In this document: piece after piece, positions 8,553 to 16,935 of the stretch
Position numbering within the stretch: the first letter of the stretch is position 1
Layout of the letters: each line of letters starts with the position of its first letter
Sequence record: OM982619.1
Source of the DNA: Pseudomonas phage Almagne
DNA length: 24,000 bases
Reading direction: 5' to 3' (one strand)
The notes under the pieces: model-generated
The model's input: only the letters and a program-made list of their open reading frames with translations
Databases searched by the model: none
What the model was told of the DNA's origin: nothing
Made by a program: the position numbers and the translations under genes

Positions 8553-8939
8553 ATGGGATTTTCCGCTGGAGTTTCTGCTTGGAAGAAAAAGGTGGAGGCG
8601 GAGATGCTGAAGAACAAGCGGGAGATTATTCTCCGGCTATTTCGAGCCGTCATTTACGACACGCCGGTTCTGGAAGGTACCCTGAGAGCCAACTGGAGAT
8701 GCAGCAAGGGCAGTTCATTGGCGGGAGCTATCGAATACCGGCCTGTTGAACAAACAGTCTCGGAAATTAGTCTGGTACTCGATGGTGCCAACCTGGCGGA
8801 TACGGTCTATCTCCGAAACAACCTTCCATACGCTTATCGAATCGAGTATCTCGGGTGGTCTCGCATTAAAGCTCCCCAGGGGATGCTAAGGAAGAATGCC
8901 GCCCGGTTTGCTCGCATAGCCCAGAGTAACTCACTATGA
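8553..8939 (+). CDS. HK97 gp10-like neck/tail component (128 aa)
   Basis: 'FRAVIYDTPVLEGTLRANWRCS' and 'NNLPYAYRIEYLGWSRIKAPQGMLRKNAARF' match the gp10-like pattern. Confidence 0.75.
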   Translation: MGFSAGVSAWKKKVEAEMLKNKREIILRLFRAVIYDTPVLEGTLRANWRCSKGSSLAGAIEYRPVEQTVSEISLVLDGANLADTVYLRNNLPYAYRIEYLGWSRIKAPQGMLRKNAARFARIAQSNSL

Positions 8940-9343
8940 GCCAAACGCAGGTCTACCAGGCCCTTATAGCGGCTATCAAAGCCGTGCCTAATATGGTACC
9001 TTTCGGAACGCAGGGAACTCCGTGGAAACCGCCATCTAACGTTGGCTATGCCGATGTTTCAATTATTCAGAACCCGCCCAGCGCCTATACCCTCGGGGAC
9101 GAGGGCGAGGACATGGTGGACGGGATCGCGCAAGTGTTGTTGAAGTACCCCGTCGATAAAGGAGTTCTTACGCCAAGTCGGCTGGGGGATTCCCTCCGTG
9201 AAAGTTTCAAGGCGGGACGCAGGATCTTCTTCGAGGACCAGGAGGTCATTATCAGAAGTTCCGGTCTTGGACGGTTTGACGACATGGACGGCAAGTTAGT
9301 AAACCCCTTCACCATTTATTGGTATGCACTCATTCGGAGGTAA
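8936..9343 (+). CDS. Tail terminator-like protein, DUF4128-like (135 aa)
   Basis: ATGA overlap with the previous gene; position between gp10-like and tail tube genes; 'PSNVGYADVSIIQNPPSAYTLGDEGEDMVDGIAQVLLKYP'. Confidence 0.65.
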   Translation: MSQTQVYQALIAAIKAVPNMVPFGTQGTPWKPPSNVGYADVSIIQNPPSAYTLGDEGEDMVDGIAQVLLKYPVDKGVLTPSRLGDSLRESFKAGRRIFFEDQEVIIRSSGLGRFDDMDGKLVNPFTIYWYALIRR

Positions 9344-9349
9344 CACCCC

Positions 9350-10276
9350 ATGGCTGACGGCTCTCGTCACAGTTTACGCATCGTTCCCGAGGTAGTACCG
9401 GGAACCACACCAACTAACCCCGTGTGGCAAACGGTTCGCCATACCGGCACCACTCTCGCCATCTCGAAAGAATCCCTCCAGTCCGAGGAACTCCGGGATG
9501 ATCGGCAGATTGCGGACTTCCGCCTGGGCGCTCGACAGGTCGGCGGTGATATCAGTATCGAGTTGAGCTATGGCTCTTTCGATATGATCCTCGAGGCGCT
9601 CTTGCAAGGCACCTGGGCGGGCAATGTGCTTAAAGCCGGGGTCGTACGTCGCACATTCAGCTTGGAACGCTTCTTTGCGGACCTCGGGACGGCTAACAAG
9701 CCCTACCACCGCTTCCGTGGCGTCGAGTTCAATACGCTGGCCCTGACCATCGCGGCTAACGCCATGGTAACCGGCACTATCGGCGTCTTGGGTTTGGACT
9801 CCAGCCTGGACACGGCTCCCCTCGCAGGCGCAACCGTAACTCCAGCCACCACCACTTCCCCGCTCGACTCTTTCACCGGCACACTGAGCGAGTCGGGCAC
9901 ACCGATTGCTGTGGTCACGGAACTGACCCTGAACCTGGATAACGGCATGGCGGCTCGGTTCGTTGTCGGTTCCAAGGTTTCTATCAAGCCTTCGGTTTCT
10001 CGTTCCAACTTGACCGGCCAGGTAACTGCCTACTTCGAAGACAGCCGACTGCTGGACAAGTTCATTACGGAAGAAAACTCCTCGCTAGTTTTCACCATGC
10101 CGGATGGCGAGGGCAACTCCTACGAGATTACCATTCCCCGCCTGAAGTATACCGGTGGTCAACCGGACGTGGCAGGTGAAGGGCCGATCACCCTCAGCAT
10201 GCCGTTCCAAGCACTCCTGGACCCAAGCCAGGGCACTCAGATCCTTGTAGAGCGAATCCCAAATGACAACCCTTAA
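9350..10276 (+). CDS. Major tail (tube) protein (308 aa)
   Basis: 'SLRIVPEVVPGTTPTNPVWQTVRHTGTTLAISKESLQSEELRDDRQIADFRLGARQVGGDISIELSYGSFDMILEALL' is typical of tail tube proteins; RBS cggaggtaac. Confidence 0.88.
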   Translation: MADGSRHSLRIVPEVVPGTTPTNPVWQTVRHTGTTLAISKESLQSEELRDDRQIADFRLGARQVGGDISIELSYGSFDMILEALLQGTWAGNVLKAGVVRRTFSLERFFADLGTANKPYHRFRGVEFNTLALTIAANAMVTGTIGVLGLDSSLDTAPLAGATVTPATTTSPLDSFTGTLSESGTPIAVVTELTLNLDNGMAARFVVGSKVSIKPSVSRSNLTGQVTAYFEDSRLLDKFITEENSSLVFTMPDGEGNSYEITIPRLKYTGGQPDVAGEGPITLSMPFQALLDPSQGTQILVERIPNDNP

Positions 10277-10682
10277 CATCGAAGACTTTTTCACGCGAGA
10301 CAAAGCCAACGAGGGGATTGAGCTTCCCCTCTACGCCCCGGGCTCGAAAGAACCATCAGGCCATTGGCTGCGCGTCCGTGGTGTGGACTCGGATGAGTTC
10401 CGTGCCGCTAACGTCGCTTCTCAGCGCAACCTGCGTAATGCACTCGAAGGTAACAAGGTACCGGATGAGCAGTTCCATATCGACCAGAAGCGTTTGCTGG
10501 TTGCTTCCCTGGTTGCGGGCTGGAGTTTCGAAACGGAGTTCAATCAGGAAAACCTGTTGAACTTCCTGAAGAATGCCCCACAAATCGAGGAGGCGGTTAA
10601 CCAGATCGCTACTCGCCGTAACCTTTTTTTCAACAACGGCTCGACGGCCTCTACCAATACGCCCGGGCCGAATTCCAACTAG
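10263..10682 (+). CDS. Tail assembly chaperone, unshifted product (lambda gpG-like role, 139 aa)
   Basis: Lies between the tail tube and tape measure genes; 'NQENLLNFLKNAPQIEEAVNQIATRRNLFF' near the C-terminus is typical of such chaperones. Confidence 0.85.
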   Translation: MTTLNIEDFFTRDKANEGIELPLYAPGSKEPSGHWLRVRGVDSDEFRAANVASQRNLRNALEGNKVPDEQFHIDQKRLLVASLVAGWSFETEFNQENLLNFLKNAPQIEEAVNQIATRRNLFFNNGSTASTNTPGPNSN

Positions 10683-10963
10683 ACAAGTTCCCGAAGGGGT
10701 CTAAGCAATCCCTTCGGACTTCCCTTGTCCAGGTATGGAAAACACTTGGTAGAAAACCAAAGCAACTGGAGGAAGTTCCTCCCTGCCCGGAGGAGCTGAA
10801 CTACATTTGGTTGTGGTTCCGTGAGGTTTGTTCGGGTGAGAGACTTACTTTTCAAGAGCTTCACTATTGGAAGCAGGTCTCGGGTCTGCAGGTTAAAGCC
10901 TGGGAGATAGACGTCATCCGGTCACTCGACCGAATTTATTGGGGAGTGAGAAATGAGTGTTGA
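10263..10963 (+). CDS. Tail assembly chaperone, -1 frameshift product (lambda gpGT-like role), about 233 aa
   Basis: Slippery heptamer T_TTT_TTC at 10625-10631. The -1 frame reads QQRLDGLYQYARAEFQLDKFPKGSKQSLRTSLVQVWKTLGRKPKQLEEVPPCPEELNYIWLWFREVCSGERLTFQELHYWKQVSGLQVKAWEIDVIRSLDRIYWGVRNEC* to a stop at 10961-10963. The coordinates span both frames. Confidence 0.88.
10625..10631 (+). promoter_or_regulatory. -1 ribosomal frameshift slippery heptamer TTTTTTC
   Basis: Zero-frame codons CTT TTT TTC, giving T_TTT_TTC. The -1 frame has a TAA at 10619-10621, so the shift must occur between that stop and the zero-frame stop at 10680-10682. Confidence 0.88.
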
Positions 10964-13436
10964 TACCACAGACCTCGAACTACGAGTGAGGACAACCGAT
11001 GTAGAGAAAGCGGACAATCGCCTGGGCAGGCTCGAGAAACAAGCCGTCAAGACTGAGAAGGCTACGGACGGCCTGACCAGTGCTTTCAAGAAAATGGTAG
11101 GCCCTCTCCTGGCTTTAGTCAGTGCCACTGCTGCCTTGAACAAGCTGGTGGAAGTTCAGCGCCAATTCGATACCCTGAACGCGGGGCTTCTAACCGCAAC
11201 CAAATCAGCGGATGGCGCGGCTAAGGCTTTCGAAGCTTTGCAGGACTTTGCGGCTAAGACGCCGTATGACCTCGCTCAGGCTGTGGATGGTTTCAACAAG
11301 CTGGTTAACCTCGGTCTAACGCCATCTGAAAAGGCTTTGATGTCTTACGGTAACACCGCCTCTGCGATGGGTAAAGACCTTAACCAGATGATCGAAGCCG
11401 TAGCGGATGCGGCGACCGGCGAGTTTGAACGACTGAAAGAGTTTGGTATCAAGTCGTCTGTGGCCGGTAAGCAAGTAACTTTTACCTTCCAGGGTGTTGC
11501 TACCTCTGTGGGTAATAACGCTGCTGAGATTGAGAAGTACCTGACCGCACTTGGTGAAAACCAATTTGCTGGCGCTATGGAAAAGCGCATGGTCACGCTG
11601 GACGGTGCCATCTCAAACCTTGGTGATACATGGGACATGCTTTTCCTGAATATCAGTAAGTCGGGTATCGGCGGACTGATCGAGGAACAGGTTCGGTTTG
11701 CTACTTCTGCGCTTTCCGACCTGAATGACATGATTGCCTCAGGTGAGATGGATGCTTACCTGCAAGCCAGCGTTATCGCTTGGGCGGGCTGGGGCAAGGA
11801 TATTACCGAAACCATCGACATCCTTACCGGCGTGCTGAACGACGCCTGGGACATGTGGGGTGAAGGTGCGCAGAATGCAAGTAAAGGTATGTACCTCGGC
11901 TTCAAGGAATTTCCCGTCGAGATTCGGGCTTACTTCCAGGAAGCCGCTGTAGAAGTTACTACCTTTTTTCACAACGCTGCCATCGAGGCCCAATACGGAT
12001 GGGACTTAGTAAGAGCGGCTGTATCAAAGGATGAAACCTTCAAGGAAGTAACCGCTCGTTATAAAGAGCAGATGAAGCAGTCGAATGAAGTCTATGACTC
12101 CATGATCGATGACATCTCTCAGGAAAAGGATGCAGCACTCGATTCCATTAATGTCCAGATTCAGGCCGGTAAGGATTTACGGACTGAGTACGAAAAACAA
12201 ATGGAAGCCCGCAAGAAACTAAACGAGGATCGTTTAGCGGGATTCAAGGTTGGGGGCGATGGAAAGACCGGCCCAACATCAGCTGAACAGAAACAGGAAG
12301 CCGCAAAAGCCAAGGCTCAGAAAAAGGAATTTGACGCATTGGTCGCCTCGCTTAATACGCAGGAAGAGGCTATCGCCGCTTCTTACGAAAAGCGCAAGGC
12401 TATCATCGAGAAGAACACGACTGCCGAATCGGCGGCACGCTCTAACCTGATGACTCGATTGGAAAAGGATCGACAAAAGGAACTGGACGACCTGCATGGT
12501 GTGGAACAGGCCTACGAGAAGAGGATTCGACTTGCCGGGGAAGTGGCTAAGATCGAGGAGTCGATGTGGACTGACTCTCAGAAGGCCGCCGCTGCATACC
12601 AGGAACAAATCGAAACCCTCTGGCAGGCTCAACAGGCAGGTGTGATCAGCGCGGCTCAGCAAAAGGACATGGTGAACCAGGTAACCGCTGAGTACGATAA
12701 ACAGCAGGAAGCTCAGAAGACAACCTTTCTCGACTTGGATGAACTTGGCAAGCAAGCCGCCCGGAACGTGCAAGATGCGATGGCTGACTTCTTATTCGAC
12801 CCCTTCTCTCAGGGGCTGGATGGGATGTTAATCGGCTTCCTTAAAGTTGTTCAGCGAATGGCAGCTGAGGCAGCCGCTGCACAATTGGCAAGCAAGTTAT
12901 TTGGTTCTTCCAGCGGGGGTTCTGGCAGTGGCTGGCTTGGAACGCTTATTGGGATCGGTGCCAGCTTCTTTGGCGGAAGCGGTGGTGGTGCACTCGCATC
13001 GTCCGCAACTTCCGGCGCGGCAACTGGCGCAGCTAACTTTGGTTCTCAGTTTGATGCCAGTTCGGCGTCCGTATCGTTCCCCGGTCGGGCCTCAGGGGGT
13101 CCTACTGTAGCAGGCCAGATGTACGAGGTAGCTGAGAACGGCCCTGAGCTCTATAACAGGAACGGTCGTTCGTATCTGCTGGATAACCAGGCCGGTAGCG
13201 TTACGCCGCTCTCAGGCGGTTCTCAGGGCGCCTCAGCTAGCGGTATAAACGTCACCGTGCAGGTAAACGTCGATAACCGGGGGAATACGACCGCTGAGAC
13301 CAGCGGGGGTAACGTCGATGATGAGAACAGCAATCGGTTTGCCCAGGTCATGAAGAATGTCGCGGTGCAGGCTATCCGGGAAGAACAAAGCCCGGGCGGG
13401 CTACTGTGGAACCAGGCGGAGGGAAGAAATGGGTAA
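10953..13436 (+). CDS. Tail tape measure protein (827 aa)
   Basis: Tape-measure N-domain pattern 'LVEVQRQFDTLNAGLLTATKSADGAAKAFEALQDFAAKTPYDLAQAVDGFNKLVNLGL', long coiled-coil middle, Gly/Ser/Ala-rich hydrophobic region, largest gene after the chaperones. Confidence 0.95.
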   Translation: MSVDTTDLELRVRTTDVEKADNRLGRLEKQAVKTEKATDGLTSAFKKMVGPLLALVSATAALNKLVEVQRQFDTLNAGLLTATKSADGAAKAFEALQDFAAKTPYDLAQAVDGFNKLVNLGLTPSEKALMSYGNTASAMGKDLNQMIEAVADAATGEFERLKEFGIKSSVAGKQVTFTFQGVATSVGNNAAEIEKYLTALGENQFAGAMEKRMVTLDGAISNLGDTWDMLFLNISKSGIGGLIEEQVRFATSALSDLNDMIASGEMDAYLQASVIAWAGWGKDITETIDILTGVLNDAWDMWGEGAQNASKGMYLGFKEFPVEIRAYFQEAAVEVTTFFHNAAIEAQYGWDLVRAAVSKDETFKEVTARYKEQMKQSNEVYDSMIDDISQEKDAALDSINVQIQAGKDLRTEYEKQMEARKKLNEDRLAGFKVGGDGKTGPTSAEQKQEAAKAKAQKKEFDALVASLNTQEEAIAASYEKRKAIIEKNTTAESAARSNLMTRLEKDRQKELDDLHGVEQAYEKRIRLAGEVAKIEESMWTDSQKAAAAYQEQIETLWQAQQAGVISAAQQKDMVNQVTAEYDKQQEAQKTTFLDLDELGKQAARNVQDAMADFLFDPFSQGLDGMLIGFLKVVQRMAAEAAAAQLASKLFGSSSGGSGSGWLGTLIGIGASFFGGSGGGALASSATSGAATGAANFGSQFDASSASVSFPGRASGGPTVAGQMYEVAENGPELYNRNGRSYLLDNQAGSVTPLSGGSQGASASGINVTVQVNVDNRGNTTAETSGGNVDDENSNRFAQVMKNVAVQAIREEQSPGGLLWNQAEGRNG

Positions 13437-13770
13437 TCGAGTTTTCAACTTTCAGGTAGAAACCAAACCCACCGGAACAACTAACCTGAAGACAAAGCAG
13501 ATTAGCTTCGGTGATAACTACGTGCAACGGGCTGGCGACGGCCTGAACGGCAAGTCAACCAACTGGAACGTGGTCGTGGATAACGACTACGCCTATGTCC
13601 TTGCCGTTCGCACTTTCCTGGACGACCACCGGGGATACATGTCCTTCCTGTGGACTCCGCCCAACTACCCCGGCCCGTTACGCTTTATCTGCAAAACATA
13701 TACCGAGAACCCACATGTGGCGTCTCAGTCAAAATTGAACGCAACATTTGAGCAGGTATTCTTCCCATGA
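13429..13770 (+). CDS. Minor tail protein, lambda gpM-like
   Basis: 'MGNRVFNFQVETKPTGTTNLKTKQISFGDNYVQRAGDGLNGKSTNWNVVV...FLDDHRGYMSFLWTPP...FICKTYTE' matches the gpM-like family. ATG 13429 follows ggagggaaga; the track start at 13357 is inside the tape measure gene. Confidence 0.85.
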   Translation: MGNRVFNFQVETKPTGTTNLKTKQISFGDNYVQRAGDGLNGKSTNWNVVVDNDYAYVLAVRTFLDDHRGYMSFLWTPPNYPGPLRFICKTYTENPHVASQSKLNATFEQVFFP

Positions 13771-14969
13771 GTATCGTAAGCATCAACTTAGGTCAAGCGG
13801 CCAACGATGGGACGGGTGAAGCCCTTCGGAGTGGCGGTGTAAAGATCAACGCTAACTTTGCGGAACTCGACACTCGGGTTACTGCCGCAAAAAACGCGGC
13901 TGACACCGCCAACAACGCTTTACCCAATAAACAACCCCTGAACACCAAGCTGACCAGTTTGGCCGCTGCTGTGGGTACAGCGGCTGGCCTGGTTCCCTAC
14001 CTCCGCAATGCCAGTGCAACGGCGTATTCTTTTGCTGAATTGGTACTTGACCTTTACGATCCCACACCGGCCCGTATCATGACCACAGGGTATGGGGGTA
14101 TCGGGCTCAATAACAACGCTGCCTTTCTGGGAACTAACCTTAACCCCGATAACTACGTGGTTAGTGCCCATTCCTACTGGGGTACATGGACTTTAACCGG
14201 TATCGGTAATATCACCGGCTTCCTTTCCTTACAGACGGGTGAGTCGAATAACCGAACCCAGAAAGTCACATCCATAGACGGTAGTTCGTATCAACGGGCC
14301 ATGAAGACCAACGTGTGGGGGGCCTGGTATAGATCTCTACTGTCCGGGGATAACGGGCTGCAAATTGCCCTCCTGAACCGTACAATGACACCCGATGCGT
14401 CAATAGCAACCGGGCAGGCTAATACCGGCGCGGCATTTGCCTACTCGAACACCGCGCCGGTATCCGGTAACGACGCCGCTACCATGACGTTACAGGTTAG
14501 TGCTGGGTATGCGGGTCAATACATTCATGACCTCACCACTAACGAGATTTACATTCGGGCCAAGTTCGGCGGTAACGTTGGCGCCTATTCCAAGCAGTAC
14601 AATTCCCGGAACGTTGTCGCTGACCCCACCGTTGTTAACGGCGGTATCGTCTCAACGGTGATTATCAGCGGATGGACGGTTACACGGTTTCGTAATGGGT
14701 CGATGACTATGATCCTCCCGTTTCAGCAGGCGGGACCGGCTCTTGCAGCTAACGAACAAAGGGTTATCGACTGGGCAGTCCCAACGGGTTTCGATCTTTC
14801 CAAGCCCTGGCACGCCACCGCTTCTGTGGTTCCCCAGACCGACTACAACTACACGGTTCCATCGTGTTGGTGTCCTTCGTCTGGTAGCATCTTTCGAGTG
14901 GCAGTTCGCAATGGTCCAACTGCACAAACCTTCAACGTTTCATTAAGACTCGAGGCTTTCTGGGGATGA
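13767..14969 (+). CDS. Tail fibre-like / putative receptor-binding protein (400 aa)
   Basis: N-terminal 'VSINLGQAANDGTGEALRSGGVKINANFAELDTRVTAAKNAADTANNALPNKQPLNTKLTSLAA' is typical of phage tail fibres; Gly/Asn/Thr-rich beta-type C-terminal region. Confidence 0.8.
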   Translation: MSIVSINLGQAANDGTGEALRSGGVKINANFAELDTRVTAAKNAADTANNALPNKQPLNTKLTSLAAAVGTAAGLVPYLRNASATAYSFAELVLDLYDPTPARIMTTGYGGIGLNNNAAFLGTNLNPDNYVVSAHSYWGTWTLTGIGNITGFLSLQTGESNNRTQKVTSIDGSSYQRAMKTNVWGAWYRSLLSGDNGLQIALLNRTMTPDASIATGQANTGAAFAYSNTAPVSGNDAATMTLQVSAGYAGQYIHDLTTNEIYIRAKFGGNVGAYSKQYNSRNVVADPTVVNGGIVSTVIISGWTVTRFRNGSMTMILPFQQAGPALAANEQRVIDWAVPTGFDLSKPWHATASVVPQTDYNYTVPSCWCPSSGSIFRVAVRNGPTAQTFNVSLRLEAFWG

Positions 14970-15310
14970 TCTATATTCAGTTGTTCGCTTACCTGACCGA
15001 TTCACCTGACTTTCAAATCGAAGCCAGTGTCAAGGGATCGATCATTACCATTAACGGTGAAGACTTCGACTTCAACCCGCTGGAGGACGGGCAGCGCTTG
15101 CCGTACTCGGCAATTGACTCGCCCTACTTCGTTCCCGGCACTTACGTAGAACGCAAAGGCCGGGATCTGTACATGACGCTTTATTTGCGGGTGTCCGCTG
15201 ATTCCCCCGAGGAATTGCGTAATCCGGCAAAACCAATCGTCATACCGGTAAGTTCCGGCAAGGTTAAATTTCCTGACACAACTCCAGTGGGGGTGAAAAG
15301 TGAAAATTGA
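14966..15310 (+). CDS. Phage protein of unknown function in the tail fibre cassette (114 aa)
   Basis: ATGA overlap with the fibre stop; collinear, overlaps the next ORF. Confidence 0.7.
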   Translation: MIYIQLFAYLTDSPDFQIEASVKGSIITINGEDFDFNPLEDGQRLPYSAIDSPYFVPGTYVERKGRDLYMTLYLRVSADSPEELRNPAKPIVIPVSSGKVKFPDTTPVGVKSEN

Positions 15311-15494
15311 TTTTGGCCAAAAAGAACCGGTAAAGACCGAAGAAGAAACGGCTAAGGAATTGGCTAAGTCCGAAGCCATCGCCTATCTCCAGTCTACCGA
15401 TTGGTACGCCGTCCAGTTCCTGGAAACTGGAAAGGAAATCCCCGAGGACATTCAACAGAAAAGGGTAGATGCCCGGGATAAGGTGGCCAAGTGA
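15300..15494 (+). CDS. Small protein associated with the tail fibre, unknown function (64 aa)
   Basis: Overlaps the previous gene by 11 nt; 'AIAYLQSTDWYAVQFLETGKEIPEDIQQKRVDARDKV' resembles a short motif often seen in fibre/tail accessory proteins. Confidence 0.65.
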   Translation: MKIDFGQKEPVKTEEETAKELAKSEAIAYLQSTDWYAVQFLETGKEIPEDIQQKRVDARDKVAK

Positions 15495-16168
15495 TTACAG
15501 CCGACGTTCAATCATTAGAACCGGGACAACTGATAGAACTTTTCGAAATTGACTCAAGTGGGCTGGGGGCGGAGATCTATCGCTTCCATTCGCATAATTT
15601 CGAGGGCATCATCACGTTTCAGGGACTCGAGTACCGGAACTGGGCGGTAGGGGCTACCGGTTTCGAGGTAACGGGTATGGCCAAACAGCCGAGTCCCACA
15701 CTGAGCCTCGGAAACGTCGAGGGTTTCATCACCTCGCTTTGCCTTTATTTCCACGACTTAGTTGGTTCTGTGGTTACGCGTCGGCGCACACTCAGCAAAT
15801 ACCTTGACGGTATGCCCGAGGCTGACCCTGAGCAGCAGATGCCCCCGGAGGTATGGTACATCGAGCGCAAGTCTCTCGAGAATAACCTCCAGGTTCAATT
15901 TGAACTATCCTCAGCACTTGACTTCGAGGGCCAACAGCTACCCCGGGGTCAGGTTCTGGCTAACGCTTGCCGCTGGCTTATCATCGGCGGCTATCGTGGC
16001 CCATACTGTGGCTATAACGGTCCACCAGTGGCTACCGAATTCGACATCATTACAACCGACGCAACTAAGGATAAGTGCGGCGGACTTCCCAGAAGCTGCG
16101 CGCTTCGGTTCGGGGAGAATAACCCTCTGCCATACGGATCCTTTCCAGCTGCAGGACTTATTCGATGA
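15491..16168 (+). CDS. Minor tail protein, lambda gpL-like with four conserved Cys (225 aa)
   Basis: 'IELFEIDSSGLGAEIYRFHSHNF...ITFQGLEYRNWAV' and C-terminal 'ANACRWLIIGGYRGPYCGYNG...KDKCGGLPRSCALRFG'. Confidence 0.88.
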   Translation: MITADVQSLEPGQLIELFEIDSSGLGAEIYRFHSHNFEGIITFQGLEYRNWAVGATGFEVTGMAKQPSPTLSLGNVEGFITSLCLYFHDLVGSVVTRRRTLSKYLDGMPEADPEQQMPPEVWYIERKSLENNLQVQFELSSALDFEGQQLPRGQVLANACRWLIIGGYRGPYCGYNGPPVATEFDIITTDATKDKCGGLPRSCALRFGENNPLPYGSFPAAGLIR

Positions 16169-16935
16169 AAGCCTCTACCCAGTCCCATATCGACCAGCAC
16201 ATCATCTCCGAGTATCCCAACGAGGCTTGCGGCCTGTTACTCAAGAACGGGTCCTACTTCCCCTGCAAGAACGTTTCGGCTACCCCGCTCGAGAGTTTCC
16301 GTATCGCGCCCGAACAGTACGCCGAAGCCGAGGACATCTCGCCAGTTGTTGGTGTGGTTCACTCTCACCCCAACTGGTCCTCACTGGCTAGCGAAGGCGA
16401 CCGGGTATCCTGTGAGAACCTGGGGTTGCCTTGGCATATCTATTCGGTGAACCGCAACGACTCCGGAGAGCTCCTGAGGGACGGTTACAGCCTGATTAAC
16501 CCATGCGGCTATAAATCCCCGCTGGTAGGTCGCAAGTTCCTCCATGGTACCCTGGATTGCCTCCAGGTGGTGCTGGACTACTACCAGTGGGAGAAGGGCA
16601 TTGACCTCGGCCAATATGAGCGTGAGGACGACTGGTGGAATAACGGACAAAACCTCTACTTGGAGCTTTTGCCGAAAGCGGGGTTTGTTCGCCTTAAGGA
16701 AGATCCCGAGGAAGTTCAGTATCAGGACGGCGATGTTATCCTGATGCAAATTCGTTCTCCGGTTCCCAACCATGCAGCCATCTACCTGGCTGATGGTACC
16801 CTCAAGTCACAGCCGGACCTTTTACCAACTCCGGGTAGCATCCTGCACCACGTCTATGGTCGAGACTCAAGCCGGGACGTATACGGGGGCTACTGGCTGA
16901 AAAACACCGTCAGTGTGTGGAGACATCATGGCTGA
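16165..16935 (+). CDS. Tail tip peptidase, lambda gpK-like (JAB/MPN plus NlpC/P60-like domains, 256 aa)
   Basis: JAB: 'EACGLLL...VVHSHPNWSSLASEGDRVSC'. NlpC/P60: 'HGTLDCLQVVLDYY...DGDVILMQIRSPVPNHAAIYLADG'. Confidence 0.9.
   Translation: MKASTQSHIDQHIISEYPNEACGLLLKNGSYFPCKNVSATPLESFRIAPEQYAEAEDISPVVGVVHSHPNWSSLASEGDRVSCENLGLPWHIYSVNRNDSGELLRDGYSLINPCGYKSPLVGRKFLHGTLDCLQVVLDYYQWEKGIDLGQYEREDDWWNNGQNLYLELLPKAGFVRLKEDPEEVQYQDGDVILMQIRSPVPNHAAIYLADGTLKSQPDLLPTPGSILHHVYGRDSSRDVYGGYWLKNTVSVWRHHG

Noticed and set aside
10679-10864. 61-aa minus-strand ORF between the chaperone and tape measure genes
   Set aside because: This stretch is explained better by the plus-strand -1 frame, whose product resembles a chaperone C-terminal extension.
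11961-11970. T6 run in the tape measure gene as a second frameshift site
   Set aside because: Codons are ACC TTT TTT CAC, so the in-frame heptamer is C_TTT_TTT, not a canonical X_XXY_YYZ, and the zero frame continues through one intact gene.
11345-12773. Several minus-strand ORFs (128, 84, 164 aa) inside the tape measure gene
   Set aside because: Antisense to a strongly supported tape measure protein; low-complexity phenylalanine/leucine-rich shadows of its Lys/Glu-rich coiled coil.
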